Positions 40,466-49,453 are shown, numbered from the stretch's first letter. The stretch: 64,000 bases of DNA from Pseudomonadota bacterium (GCA_043797085.1 JAZDQA010000006.1:32001-96000), one strand, 5' to 3'. Made by a program: numbers and translations. Notes: a model not told the origin generated them from the letters alone.

Positions 40466-40816
40466 ATGATAGGAATTGACCTCATTAAAATTGATCGTAT
40501 GAAACGTCTCATGGAGCGTTTTGGCGATCATGGATTATCCAAGTTTTTATCTCCCGAAGAAATTACTCTTGTCAAAAACCACTCTACAGCCGCAGGATTT
40601 TGGGCGGCAAAAGAGGCGTGTTCAAAAGCACTTGGATGCGGGATTGGACATGAATGTGGATTTCACGATATAATTCTCTCCAAATCACCCAAAGGTGCCC
40701 CTCAAATTGCTTTGAGTTCTAAAGTACAAAATACTTTTGCTATCACCAGCACCTCTGTGTCCATTACCCACGATGGTGAATACGCCATTGCTGTCGTGGC
40801 ACTTTCTGCCTCTTAG
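40466..40816 (+). CDS. acpS: Holo-ACP synthase
   Basis: Motifs 'IGIDL', 'AGFWAAKEACSKALG' and 'SITHD'. Confidence 0.94.
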   Translation: MIGIDLIKIDRMKRLMERFGDHGLSKFLSPEEITLVKNHSTAAGFWAAKEACSKALGCGIGHECGFHDIILSKSPKGAPQIALSSKVQNTFAITSTSVSITHDGEYAIAVVALSAS

Positions 40817-40880
40817 AGGCAAGCTTTAGTGCCTCAGCGGCTAGCGTAGCCAAAGGGATAAATTCCTTTGGCGTTTAAAT
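40808..40880 (+). repeat. ~75-bp structured intergenic element, copy 1
   Basis: gcctcttagaggc...ctttagt...agcggctagcgtagccaaagggataaattcctttggcgtttaaat; a second copy lies on the minus strand at 49085-49158. Confidence 0.75.
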
Positions 40881-40900
40881 TAAATAATAAAAGGAAAAAT

Positions 40901-41443
40901 ATGCGCAATAATACCCAATGTGAACTTTGCGGTTCAACAGAAAACTTAGAACTACTCAATATCGGAGACGGAAGTGCAGAACAATCTCTCACTCTTTGTG
41001 AAACATGCCGCACACAAATATCGAATCCACAAAATCTTGATGCTGATCACTGGCGCTGTCTCAATGACTCCATGTGGAGTGAAACACCTGCTGTACAGGT
41101 AATGTCATATCGTCTTCTTAAAGCACTTGGAGAATCTGATCTTGTAGATATGATGTATTTCGAAGATGATGTTAAAAAATGGGCGGATTCAGGATTATTA
41201 AAAGGTTCTGAAGAATCAAGTGAAGGGGCAGTTGTTCATCGCGATAGCAATGGAACCATTTTGGTGGAGGGTGACACCGTCACACTGATTAAAGATTTAG
41301 AGGTAAAAGGGGCTGGTTTTACCGCCAAACGCGGTACTATCGTCAAAAACATCCATCTCACCGATGATGCTAAATTTATCGAAGGCAAAATTAACGGCAC
41401 TCAAATCGTCCTTGTTGCCGAATACATGAAGAAAAGTAACTAA
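40901..41443 (+). CDS. PhnA-domain protein
   Basis: Zinc-ribbon Cys pairs 'CELC...CETC', 'HWRCLNDSMWS' and 'DSNG..L..GDTVTLIKDL.VKG'. Start set at ATG 40901 after AAGGA. Confidence 0.88.
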   Translation: MRNNTQCELCGSTENLELLNIGDGSAEQSLTLCETCRTQISNPQNLDADHWRCLNDSMWSETPAVQVMSYRLLKALGESDLVDMMYFEDDVKKWADSGLLKGSEESSEGAVVHRDSNGTILVEGDTVTLIKDLEVKGAGFTAKRGTIVKNIHLTDDAKFIEGKINGTQIVLVAEYMKKSN

Positions 41444-41450
41444 CAATTAG

Positions 41451-41479
41451 AAAGCTTTTAGAATCACACTAAAAGCTTT
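41451..41479. terminator. Bidirectional hairpin between the convergent phnA-like gene and thiS
   Basis: aaagcttttag-aatcaca-ctaaaagcttt, an 11-bp stem. Confidence 0.55.
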
Positions 41480-41680
41480 TCACCCACCCCCAACGAAATC
41501 AAGCAACTCAATCACATCACCATCGTTCAATACAGCACTGTTCCAGACATCTTTTTTCACAATCTGCATATTGACTGCTGCTGCCATTACTCGCTCTTCT
41601 AGGCCCAAAGAATGGATTACATCAAACAGAGTTGAGCCCTCACCTATTTCACGCATTTCACCGTTTACTTTTACTTGCAT
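41480..41680 (-). CDS. thiS: Sulfur carrier protein ThiS
   Basis: 66 aa with 'VNG', 'AAAVN' and C-terminal 'FVGGG'. Confidence 0.93.
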   Translation of the reverse strand: MQVKVNGEMREIGEGSTLFDVIHSLGLEERVMAAAVNMQIVKKDVWNSAVLNDGDVIELLDFVGGG

Positions 41681-41696
41681 TCTACTTCCTAGTACG

Positions 41697-42200
41697 TTAT
41701 TTTAACATTTGAGCAATGTTCATATTTTTCTTTGCCACTGCAAAATCGTACGGCGTTGCACCCTCATTATTTTTAACTTTCGGATCGGCTTTTGCTTTGA
41801 GCAAAAAATCGACCACTAAATCGTTTCCACTAAACGCCGCTTGATGCAGGGGGCTAATCCCCTCATTATTGGCTAAATTAACATCCGCACCGTTCATCAC
41901 CACAAAGGTTGTCAATTCCAAGTTTTTTTTCTTAACCGCTAAAATAAGCGGGGTATTTCCTTGGTTATCTTGAAAATCAATATCCGCACCCCGACTCAGT
42001 AAAAAACGTGCCATCTTAATATCTGAAAGTTTAATTGCAACATGTAAAGCGCTTAACCCTGCTTGGTTAGGTTCATCAATTTTATGTGTGGATTCTAAAT
42101 ATTTTTTTACTTTTACAATATTTCCTTCATATACGGCATCGTGTAATTCACCTGCATTTAGTAGCAATGTAAAAATAATAAATAAAAAAAATTGCTTCAT
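41697..42200 (-). CDS. Ankyrin-repeat protein with a predicted signal peptide
   Basis: Repeats 'GLSALHVA', 'GNTPLILA', 'GISPLHQA' and 'GATPYDFA'; hydrophobic N-terminus. Confidence 0.9.
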   Translation of the reverse strand: MKQFFLFIIFTLLLNAGELHDAVYEGNIVKVKKYLESTHKIDEPNQAGLSALHVAIKLSDIKMARFLLSRGADIDFQDNQGNTPLILAVKKKNLELTTFVVMNGADVNLANNEGISPLHQAAFSGNDLVVDFLLKAKADPKVKNNEGATPYDFAVAKKNMNIAQMLK

Positions 42201-42202
42201 TT

Positions 42203-43192
42203 TTAACCTTGTGTAAACCGTATCATCTTAAACCGCTCACCCATCAGTGATGGTGTTATGAGTATTTTAACTTTTTCGAGTTCTTGGGTATATATCTCAT
42301 CACTGGCATTTTCTTTTAGCATTGAGAGTAAATCCAAAATACCCATTTCAATCAATGCCACCAACTGCGTTGAAAATTGAACGCACTTTATCCCTTGCGC
42401 TTCAAAAGCATCTCGTACATGTGAAAAATTTACATCGTAGGTTATGTCAGTCGTTCCAAAAGCATTGTCTAAAACTAATGCTTCATCAAACAGCGGTGTC
42501 ACTTGGTGCCCTTGATAAACACGGATTGAAAAATCACTGCGCGCCGCCAACTCACCGTAATCAAAACTCATAAACTCAAATTTTGGAATACTCTGTGCCA
42601 TTGACTTTGCAAATTCTTCGTATCCTACCGCGATTTCCCCTCGATCTTTTTTATACTTTACAGCATGTTCGTTCATTTCAGCTAATTCACTGTCGAAAAG
42701 GATTTTTCCCTCTGATACACGAGCTATTTTACATTTATAAAAGAGCTCGCACGTAAACGCATCAAAGATTTCATTGGCAATAAAAAAAGCACATGGCGTC
42801 TCTATTTCACTTACATCATGATAATGTTCTAACTTGACCGCATCACCGAAAGAATCGGTGAAATAATTTCTCTGCTGATCTTGAAGCGCATCAAACCGTT
42901 CAATAATTCCAAAACGAAGAGTCTCAAGCAACTGGGGGCGCAACGTGTGTAAAAATTCGATAATGTCTGCAAGAAGATAACCATGATGCGCACCAATCTC
43001 ACAGATCAAAGAATCAGGAGCTAAAAATCCCTCATCAATACGGGCGATAATGTGCTTTGCAATGGTTCCGCCGAAAAACTTCGAGGTACTTACAGCGGTG
43101 TAGAAGTCCCCTTTTTTACCGATAGGTCGATAGGTACCGTAATAGCCCTCCTTACCATACAGCCACTCATTCATATACTTACTAAAAAGCAC
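42203..43192 (-). CDS. SAM-dependent methyltransferase, MidA/NDUFAF7 family
   Basis: Motifs 'FSKYMNEWLY..GYY', 'GDFYTA', 'EIGA', 'ANEIFDAF' and 'DITYDVNF'. Confidence 0.88.
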   Translation of the reverse strand: MLFSKYMNEWLYGKEGYYGTYRPIGKKGDFYTAVSTSKFFGGTIAKHIIARIDEGFLAPDSLICEIGAHHGYLLADIIEFLHTLRPQLLETLRFGIIERFDALQDQQRNYFTDSFGDAVKLEHYHDVSEIETPCAFFIANEIFDAFTCELFYKCKIARVSEGKILFDSELAEMNEHAVKYKKDRGEIAVGYEEFAKSMAQSIPKFEFMSFDYGELAARSDFSIRVYQGHQVTPLFDEALVLDNAFGTTDITYDVNFSHVRDAFEAQGIKCVQFSTQLVALIEMGILDLLSMLKENASDEIYTQELEKVKILITPSLMGERFKMIRFTQG

Positions 43193-44368
43193 TTATAAAT
43201 CACCCATCGCTTTTTCTAAACGGACAAATCCCTCATCAATATTTGCTTTTGTAATCGTAAGCGGAGGGAGAAAACGCAGAGTATTGCGCCCTGCTTTAAG
43301 GACGATAACACCAGCTTCACGAGCCCCATTGATAATTTTACCAAGTGTTTCAGCATCGCATACACGTAATCCGCGCATTAATCCAAAGCCAACATGCCCC
43401 TGGAAGATGGCAGGATGTTTTTGGGCAAACGCTTCCAATGCCGTTTCAAAATAGATCAATGTCTCATCGAGTTCACCGCTTGCTTTTAGCTCTTCAAGAA
43501 TATCAAGCACTTCATTCGCAGCAGCTGTTGAGAGATAATTTCCCCCAAACGTAGAGCCATGATCGCCGGGGGCAAAAATATCCAAACGATTAGTCATCAC
43601 GACACCGATAGGAACACCGCCACCAAGCCCTTTAGCCAAAGTTATAACATCCGGTTCAATTTCATAAAGATTGGAGGCTAAAAATTCACCTGTACGATAA
43701 ATTCCCGTTTGAACTTCATCCACCATTAGCAAAATATTACGCGGCTTAAGCATCTTTGCCAATGCTTGAACTTTTGCTAAATCCAAAGGTTGAACTCCGC
43801 CCTCCCCTTGTACCAGTTCAATCATGACTGCAACCGTATGCTCATCAATAAGAGATTCGATCTCATCAATATTTTTAGCATAGACGAAACCATCAGGGAA
43901 AGGTCCGAAATAGTTGTGCATCGATTCTTGACCCGTTGCTTTAAGTGCCGTAATCGTACGCCCGTGAAACGAGTGCTCTAGTGTAATGATTTTATAGCGC
44001 TTAGGCTCTCCGTCTACTTCTCCAAATTTACGTGCAATTTTAATTGCCCCCTCATTTGCCTCCGCACCGCTGTTACCGAAAAAACATTTCATGTTATATC
44101 CGCTAAGCTCCACAATTTTTTTAGCACATGTAGCTTGTGGCTCAATGTAATACAAATTAGAAACATGAATAAGTTTTGAGACTTGATCACATATCGCTTT
44201 TGTCAAGCGATTGTTACTGTGTCCTACACTGCATACTGCAATTCCAGCGGCAAAATCAATGTATTCTTTCCCTTGGGTGTCGATCAAAATCGCATTTTTT
44301 CCTTCTACAAAACTAATAGGCTGGCGACCATACGTGGGGAGGACATACTGTTCAAAATTTGTTGTCAT
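43193..44368 (-). CDS. argD: Acetylornithine aminotransferase
   Basis: Motifs 'NSGAEANEGAIK', 'SFHGRT', 'QGEGG', 'DEVQTG' and 'AKGLGGG'. Confidence 0.92.
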   Translation of the reverse strand: MTTNFEQYVLPTYGRQPISFVEGKNAILIDTQGKEYIDFAAGIAVCSVGHSNNRLTKAICDQVSKLIHVSNLYYIEPQATCAKKIVELSGYNMKCFFGNSGAEANEGAIKIARKFGEVDGEPKRYKIITLEHSFHGRTITALKATGQESMHNYFGPFPDGFVYAKNIDEIESLIDEHTVAVMIELVQGEGGVQPLDLAKVQALAKMLKPRNILLMVDEVQTGIYRTGEFLASNLYEIEPDVITLAKGLGGGVPIGVVMTNRLDIFAPGDHGSTFGGNYLSTAAANEVLDILEELKASGELDETLIYFETALEAFAQKHPAIFQGHVGFGLMRGLRVCDAETLGKIINGAREAGVIVLKAGRNTLRFLPPLTITKANIDEGFVRLEKAMGDL

Positions 44369-46104
44369 TGTTTTTCTACCTTTATTTTAAATTCTTGATA
44401 TACTGCATTTTCACCCTCATAACTCAATAAGTTTGGGGTCAACACATTCACTTCCGGCGTTCCTGCATAAACCAATGCACAATCATGTCGAAGTCTACTA
44501 TCATATTGTATAATAAGAGAAATAGATCCTATCTTATTACTCACTTTCACCGTTTCCCCCTCATTAAATCCACACTCAGGATGTAAAAAAATCCCTTCTT
44601 CACGGTGAAATTGTGAATTTAATGACCGTGAAGATTTTGGTGTGATTAAAAACAAACCCTCCTCATCACTCAAACTCAAATCAACTTCATCCATAAAGAG
44701 AAATTTTCCCGACTCTGTGGCAAAGCCTTCCGAATAAGGGATGTCAGGACGATTTTTCTTGTAACTAACGCCATCACTCTTTTTCATTTGTGCTCTCAAG
44801 ATCTCCAAGCACTCCTCTTCATCAGGGATGGAGAGATTAAAATGATCGCAGAGAGATTTTGAAAGAACATATTCCGAAATTCCGATCTCGCTTTCACGTA
44901 ATTTTGACATATTTTGAAGCGTAAAATCACCATACGAAGCGCGGATATCCTCTTTTTCTAAAAATGTTTTTGCCGGAATGACTAAGTCCGATGCCAATGA
45001 GGTTTCATTTTCATACAAACCAAAATAAATTTTAACTCCGGCATGGGCAAATTCCTTTTGTACTTTCGAAGAATTTGGCATTTGTGCAAGCGGATTTGCC
45101 CCTTGGACAAAGACCGTTTCAAACGTTGAAAAGTCTACTGTTGGTTTTGCCACAGTGTTATGGATTGAAACAAAAGGCAAGTTTATCTCTGCCAAAGACG
45201 AGCCTAAATAACTCACGCCGCTTCCTCTCTTTCCAAATAACCCAAGTATCACTCCAAACGCATCTATGGCTCGGACAATATCTGCACCGTTTTGATATTT
45301 TTGCACCCCTGCCCCGACTAAAATCACCGTTCTTTTCCCGCGAACAAGGTCTAAAACAGCACCTATTTGTCCGAGGCTTACATCGATAGCATCCAATGTC
45401 GATTTTATTCGAACGCTCTGTGTTAATTCATAAAACTCTTCATAATCACTTCCAAAGCTTTCTAAAAACTCTTCATCTTGCAACCCTTCGATGATACAAA
45501 ATCTTGAAAGGAGCAGTGCCAAATGCAAATCGCCGCGCGGTTTAATCTGTACATGCAGCTGCGCACTGTGTGCTAGGGAAGTTTTTACAGGATCAATCAC
45601 AATAATCTTTTTATTTTTCAAAAAAGGCAGCAAGTGAGAATGGGTTGTATGGAGGTTTCTCCCCCATACTATGACCACTTCAGACGCATCGATCATTTCA
45701 GCTGAAAGAGGATGATTTACACCTCGTCCAAGCACAATACCCGCTTCTCCCGCTCCATCACAAAGCGATCCTCGCGTTCCTACGGCTCCCATACGAGCAA
45801 AAAAATGATCCATTGATCGCTGCATTAATCCCAAATTACCGCTTCCTCGGTAAAAAAGGGTTTTTTCAGGAGAACTTGTCTCTAGAATTTCTACTAATTT
45901 GCTGTGTGCTTCTTCCATCGTAATAGTTTTGCCATGATAACGAGGGGCATTAAGTCGTTTATTCTCATCAAAATGATTCAAATGTGGGCATAAATATCCT
46001 TTTGTTACAGGGTGAGACTTATCACCCTTAATCTTCCCATTCTCATCCAAAACAATGCGACACGCATCATAACAATCGAGTGGACAAGCGGTAGTATTAC
46101 TCAT
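44365..46104 (-). CDS. Molybdopterin-dependent oxidoreductase (cytoplasmic, uncharacterised subfamily)
   Basis: N-terminal 'CPLDCYDAC...GYLC' Fe-S motif, 'GSLCDGAG', 'IVWGRN', 'ADLV-like SDLVIPA' and 'LNSQF'. No Tat signal. Confidence 0.85.
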   Translation of the reverse strand: MSNTTACPLDCYDACRIVLDENGKIKGDKSHPVTKGYLCPHLNHFDENKRLNAPRYHGKTITMEEAHSKLVEILETSSPEKTLFYRGSGNLGLMQRSMDHFFARMGAVGTRGSLCDGAGEAGIVLGRGVNHPLSAEMIDASEVVIVWGRNLHTTHSHLLPFLKNKKIIVIDPVKTSLAHSAQLHVQIKPRGDLHLALLLSRFCIIEGLQDEEFLESFGSDYEEFYELTQSVRIKSTLDAIDVSLGQIGAVLDLVRGKRTVILVGAGVQKYQNGADIVRAIDAFGVILGLFGKRGSGVSYLGSSLAEINLPFVSIHNTVAKPTVDFSTFETVFVQGANPLAQMPNSSKVQKEFAHAGVKIYFGLYENETSLASDLVIPAKTFLEKEDIRASYGDFTLQNMSKLRESEIGISEYVLSKSLCDHFNLSIPDEEECLEILRAQMKKSDGVSYKKNRPDIPYSEGFATESGKFLFMDEVDLSLSDEEGLFLITPKSSRSLNSQFHREEGIFLHPECGFNEGETVKVSNKIGSISLIIQYDSRLRHDCALVYAGTPEVNVLTPNLLSYEGENAVYQEFKIKVEKQ

Positions 46105-46229
46105 AAAACGTCCCCTTTTACTATTATCAATGCTAATGTATTATTTTACAGTCCAATGGCTTTAATTTTTAGTAAAAAAAAGCTTCAGTTTGGATATGAT
46201 TAACACCAATAAAACTCTCGAGGTTAATA

Positions 46230-47189
46230 ATGTCTCTTTTAGAACATGTAGATGGAGCCACAAATCTGGCAAAAAATAATGAAGTACAACTTCTGATCTT
46301 TAAAGTAGATGCTGCCGAAACATCTGCTTATTACGCCATTAACGTTTTTAAAACACGAGAAGTTGTAGAGGCCAAACATCATCAGTTAACCCTTATCCCC
46401 TCTCCTCATCCATTACTGGAAGGAACCATCGTCTTACGCGGTCTTCAAATCCCCATTCTTAATCTTCCAAAATGGCTGGGATCTGAGCTATCACCTGAAA
46501 AGAAAAAACTTTCCAATCTTTTGATATGTGATTTTAATGGCATTATTATCGGTATACGTATCATGTTTGCCTACCGTGTTATCAAGAAAAACTGGAATGA
46601 GATGCATGCACCCGATAGCTATCGTCTTGGCGAAGACGGATTGGTTATTAACGATACAAGACTCGATGATGGAAGTTTGTGCTTGGTACTCGATTATGAA
46701 AAATTACTCGCAGATGTCATTCCCCAAGCAATGGTCAATGTTTCAGAATCACCTAATAATTTAGCCAATATTGTGATTCCGGATAAGTTAAGAAACGGAA
46801 CCGTTTTAATTGCCGAAGATTCTAAAACTGCCCAACGTCATCTACGTCAGGTTTTTGCAAATGCTCATCTCTCCTATCAAATTTTTAACAATGGTAAAGA
46901 ATTGATAGATTTTGTCAATGCGCATCCAAACCCTTCTTCCATTCCCGCTATCATTACGGATATTGAGATGCCGGAAATGTCAGGTTTTACCGTTGTCCGC
47001 CTTTTAAAAGCGAATGCCGCAACGAAATCTATCCCCATTATCGTCAACAGTTCAATGACAGGTGAAAATAACAAACGAGAAGCAGCAGGATTAGGGGCAG
47101 ATGGGTTTATTGATAAGACAAAGAGTCACGATATCATTCCGCTGATTGTCAGTAAGATGGAAAGTGCTAGACAATTGCAGCTAGCATAA
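46230..47189 (+). CDS. cheV: Chemotaxis protein CheV
   Basis: CheW domain ('YAINVFKTREVV') plus a receiver domain ('AEDS', 'TDIEMPEMSG'). Confidence 0.93.
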   Translation: MSLLEHVDGATNLAKNNEVQLLIFKVDAAETSAYYAINVFKTREVVEAKHHQLTLIPSPHPLLEGTIVLRGLQIPILNLPKWLGSELSPEKKKLSNLLICDFNGIIIGIRIMFAYRVIKKNWNEMHAPDSYRLGEDGLVINDTRLDDGSLCLVLDYEKLLADVIPQAMVNVSESPNNLANIVIPDKLRNGTVLIAEDSKTAQRHLRQVFANAHLSYQIFNNGKELIDFVNAHPNPSSIPAIITDIEMPEMSGFTVVRLLKANAATKSIPIIVNSSMTGENNKREAAGLGADGFIDKTKSHDIIPLIVSKMESARQLQLA

Positions 47190-47194
47190 AAGTT

Positions 47195-47223
47195 CGTCAT
47201 ACTGTATCAGGTACGGTATGACG
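47195..47223. repeat. CGTCAT-type REP-like palindrome between convergent cheV and the carboxylase gene
   Basis: cgtcatactgta-tcagg-tacggtatgacg. Confidence 0.65.
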
Positions 47224-47234
47224 GGGATATAATT

Positions 47235-49064
47235 TTAGTCTACGACTGCGAGAATTTGACCAGCTTCAACTTTATCATTTACTTGTACCATAACTGCACT
47301 CAAAACACCTGAACGCGGTGCTAAAACATCAATTTCCATTTTCATTGCTTCAAGAATCATAATCTTATCGCCGGCAATGATTGGAGCACCTACTTGAGCC
47401 AAAAGTTTAAACACAGAACCCGGAAGTTCTGAACGAATAGCGTTTTCATTAGCAACAGGCGCTGCTACTACGGGAGCTGCAACTGGTGCTGCAACCGCTA
47501 CTGGTGCCGCTACTGATTGAACATTTGCATTGCCATCTACGATTTGTACGTTGTATTGTTGTCCGTCTACGATTACCGTGTAAGTACCATTTGCCATTGT
47601 GAAATTCTCCTGTTTTAGTGTTGATTGAATTGATTGAGCTGTATCAGCCGTTTTTGGGCTGTTTTTTCGAACATTTACGGTTGCTTCCCCTTTTAGGAAT
47701 GCAATCCCTTTAATATCACACGAAGCAGCGATAAAAATATTTTCATCACTGGCTTCGATTCCTTCATTTTCTAACTGCGCAGTCCAGTACGCAATTGATT
47801 TTTTCTCATCACGGTCCGCAATATCGATAGCATTATCGGTTGTCGGCTCTAATTTTAACTGTTCTGCTGCAATACGGATAACTTCAGCATCCGGCGTCGT
47901 TGGTGTTTTACCAAAATAGCCCAATACCATCTTACCGTAACCCGGAGCTATTTTTTTCCATGGTCCCATAAGAGCATTGTTAAGCGCCTGTTGGAAATAA
48001 AACTGAGACACTGGAGTAACGGATGTACCGTATCCCCCTTTTTCAACCACTTCACGCATTGCACGAATGACTTCAGGATAACGATCCAACATGTTGTTAT
48101 CACGCATCATTTGAGTATTTGCTGTCAATGCACCGCCTGGCATTGGAGAAAATGGAATTAAAGGTGAAACTTGTGTTGCTTCAGGCGGGATGAAATAATC
48201 TTTCAAACAATCGCCCAATACATCTTCGTATTGCAAGATTTTTTCAAGCTCTAAACCGCCAAGATCAAAATTCTTACCCTTGACTGCATGCAGCATTGTC
48301 AGAATATCCGGCTGAGATGTACCACCGCTGACCGGAGAGGCTGCCATATCAATACCATCAATACCTGCATCAAGCGCTGCCATATAACACGCAACGCTCA
48401 CACCCGCAGTTTCATGCGTATGAAGACGTAAATGCGTCCCCTCAGGAACAAGACGACGTGCCATTTGAATGGTTTCATACACTTTCTGAGGGCTTGATGT
48501 TCCGCTGGCATCTTTGAAACAAATCGAGCTGTAAGGGATACCCGAATCTAAAATCTCTCGAAGCGTTTTTTCGTAAAATGCAACATCATGAGCACCCACA
48601 CATCCTGGAGGAAGGTCCATCATGGTCACAACAACTTCGTGCTTCAAACCATGATGAACAATACGTTCACCAGAATATTTCAAATTTTCAACATCGTTCA
48701 GAGCATCGAAATTTCGAATGGTCGTTGTTCCGTGCTTTTTAAACATCTTGGCGTGCAAATCAACCATCTCACGGCTGCCCGTATCTAGCATAACCGTATT
48801 AACACCGCGAGCAAGCGTTTGGAGGTTAGCATCCGGACCTACGATAGCACGGAACTGATCCATCATATCAAACGCATTTTCATTTAGATAGAAAAAAAGA
48901 CTTTGAAAGCGTGCTCCGCCTCCAAATTCAAAATGGGTAATTCCCGCATGAGCCGCAGCTTCAACTGCCGGAAAAAAATCATTCATCAGTACGCGTCCGC
49001 CAAATACGGATTGAAATCCGTCACGGAAGGTTGTATCCATTATGTCGATATATTTTTTTGCCAT
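47235..49064 (-). CDS. Pyruvate carboxylase subunit B / oxaloacetate decarboxylase alpha (carboxyltransferase + biotin carrier)
   Basis: Motifs 'DTTFRDGFQS', 'FKDASG', 'HTH', 'MPGG' and 'VTPVSQ', an Ala/Pro/Val linker and the biotinylation motif 'EAMKME'. Confidence 0.92.
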   Translation of the reverse strand: MAKKYIDIMDTTFRDGFQSVFGGRVLMNDFFPAVEAAAHAGITHFEFGGGARFQSLFFYLNENAFDMMDQFRAIVGPDANLQTLARGVNTVMLDTGSREMVDLHAKMFKKHGTTTIRNFDALNDVENLKYSGERIVHHGLKHEVVVTMMDLPPGCVGAHDVAFYEKTLREILDSGIPYSSICFKDASGTSSPQKVYETIQMARRLVPEGTHLRLHTHETAGVSVACYMAALDAGIDGIDMAASPVSGGTSQPDILTMLHAVKGKNFDLGGLELEKILQYEDVLGDCLKDYFIPPEATQVSPLIPFSPMPGGALTANTQMMRDNNMLDRYPEVIRAMREVVEKGGYGTSVTPVSQFYFQQALNNALMGPWKKIAPGYGKMVLGYFGKTPTTPDAEVIRIAAEQLKLEPTTDNAIDIADRDEKKSIAYWTAQLENEGIEASDENIFIAASCDIKGIAFLKGEATVNVRKNSPKTADTAQSIQSTLKQENFTMANGTYTVIVDGQQYNVQIVDGNANVQSVAAPVAVAAPVAAPVVAAPVANENAIRSELPGSVFKLLAQVGAPIIAGDKIMILEAMKMEIDVLAPRSGVLSAVMVQVNDKVEAGQILAVVD

Positions 49065-49084
49065 AATCCCTACTTTTAGTTTTA

Positions 49085-49158
49085 TTTATACGCTAAAGAA
49101 ATTCATCCCTTTGGCTACGCTAACCGCTAGGGTTACTAAAGTCAGCCTCTTTCAAGGC
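49085..49158 (-). repeat. ~75-bp structured intergenic element, copy 2
   Basis: Minus strand gccttgaaagaggctgactttagtaaccctagcggttagcgtagccaaagggatgaatttctttagcgtataaat aligns with 40808-40880. Confidence 0.75.
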
Positions 49159-49168
49159 ATAAATCTTC

Positions 49169-49453
49169 TTATTTGGAAGATTTATTATGATGATGGATTG
49201 CTGCAACGAGGGAAGCAAGCCCAGCTAAACCATTATTCTGACCTGAATTTTCAAGTTCATGATGATGAAGTGCTACAGCGATAGCAGCAACTCTTGCCCT
49301 AACATCATCGTTCTCTAATGAATGATGATGCAGTGCAGCAGCAATCGCAGCTACTCTTGCACCCTCATTATTAGGAATACATACTTGTAATTCTGAGAGG
49401 TTTTTAGGCTTCGACTTCGTAAAATATTTCATTACTTTATCTAGTAATTCCAC
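49169..49453 (-). CDS. OadG-like small protein with three AAxHHH repeats and no TM anchor
   Basis: GAGGA RBS and GTG start. Motifs ARVAAIAAALHHH, ARVAAIAVALHHH and LVAAIHHH; occupies the usual oadG position upstream of the alpha subunit. Confidence 0.75.
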   Translation of the reverse strand: MELLDKVMKYFTKSKPKNLSELQVCIPNNEGARVAAIAAALHHHSLENDDVRARVAAIAVALHHHELENSGQNNGLAGLASLVAAIHHHNKSSK

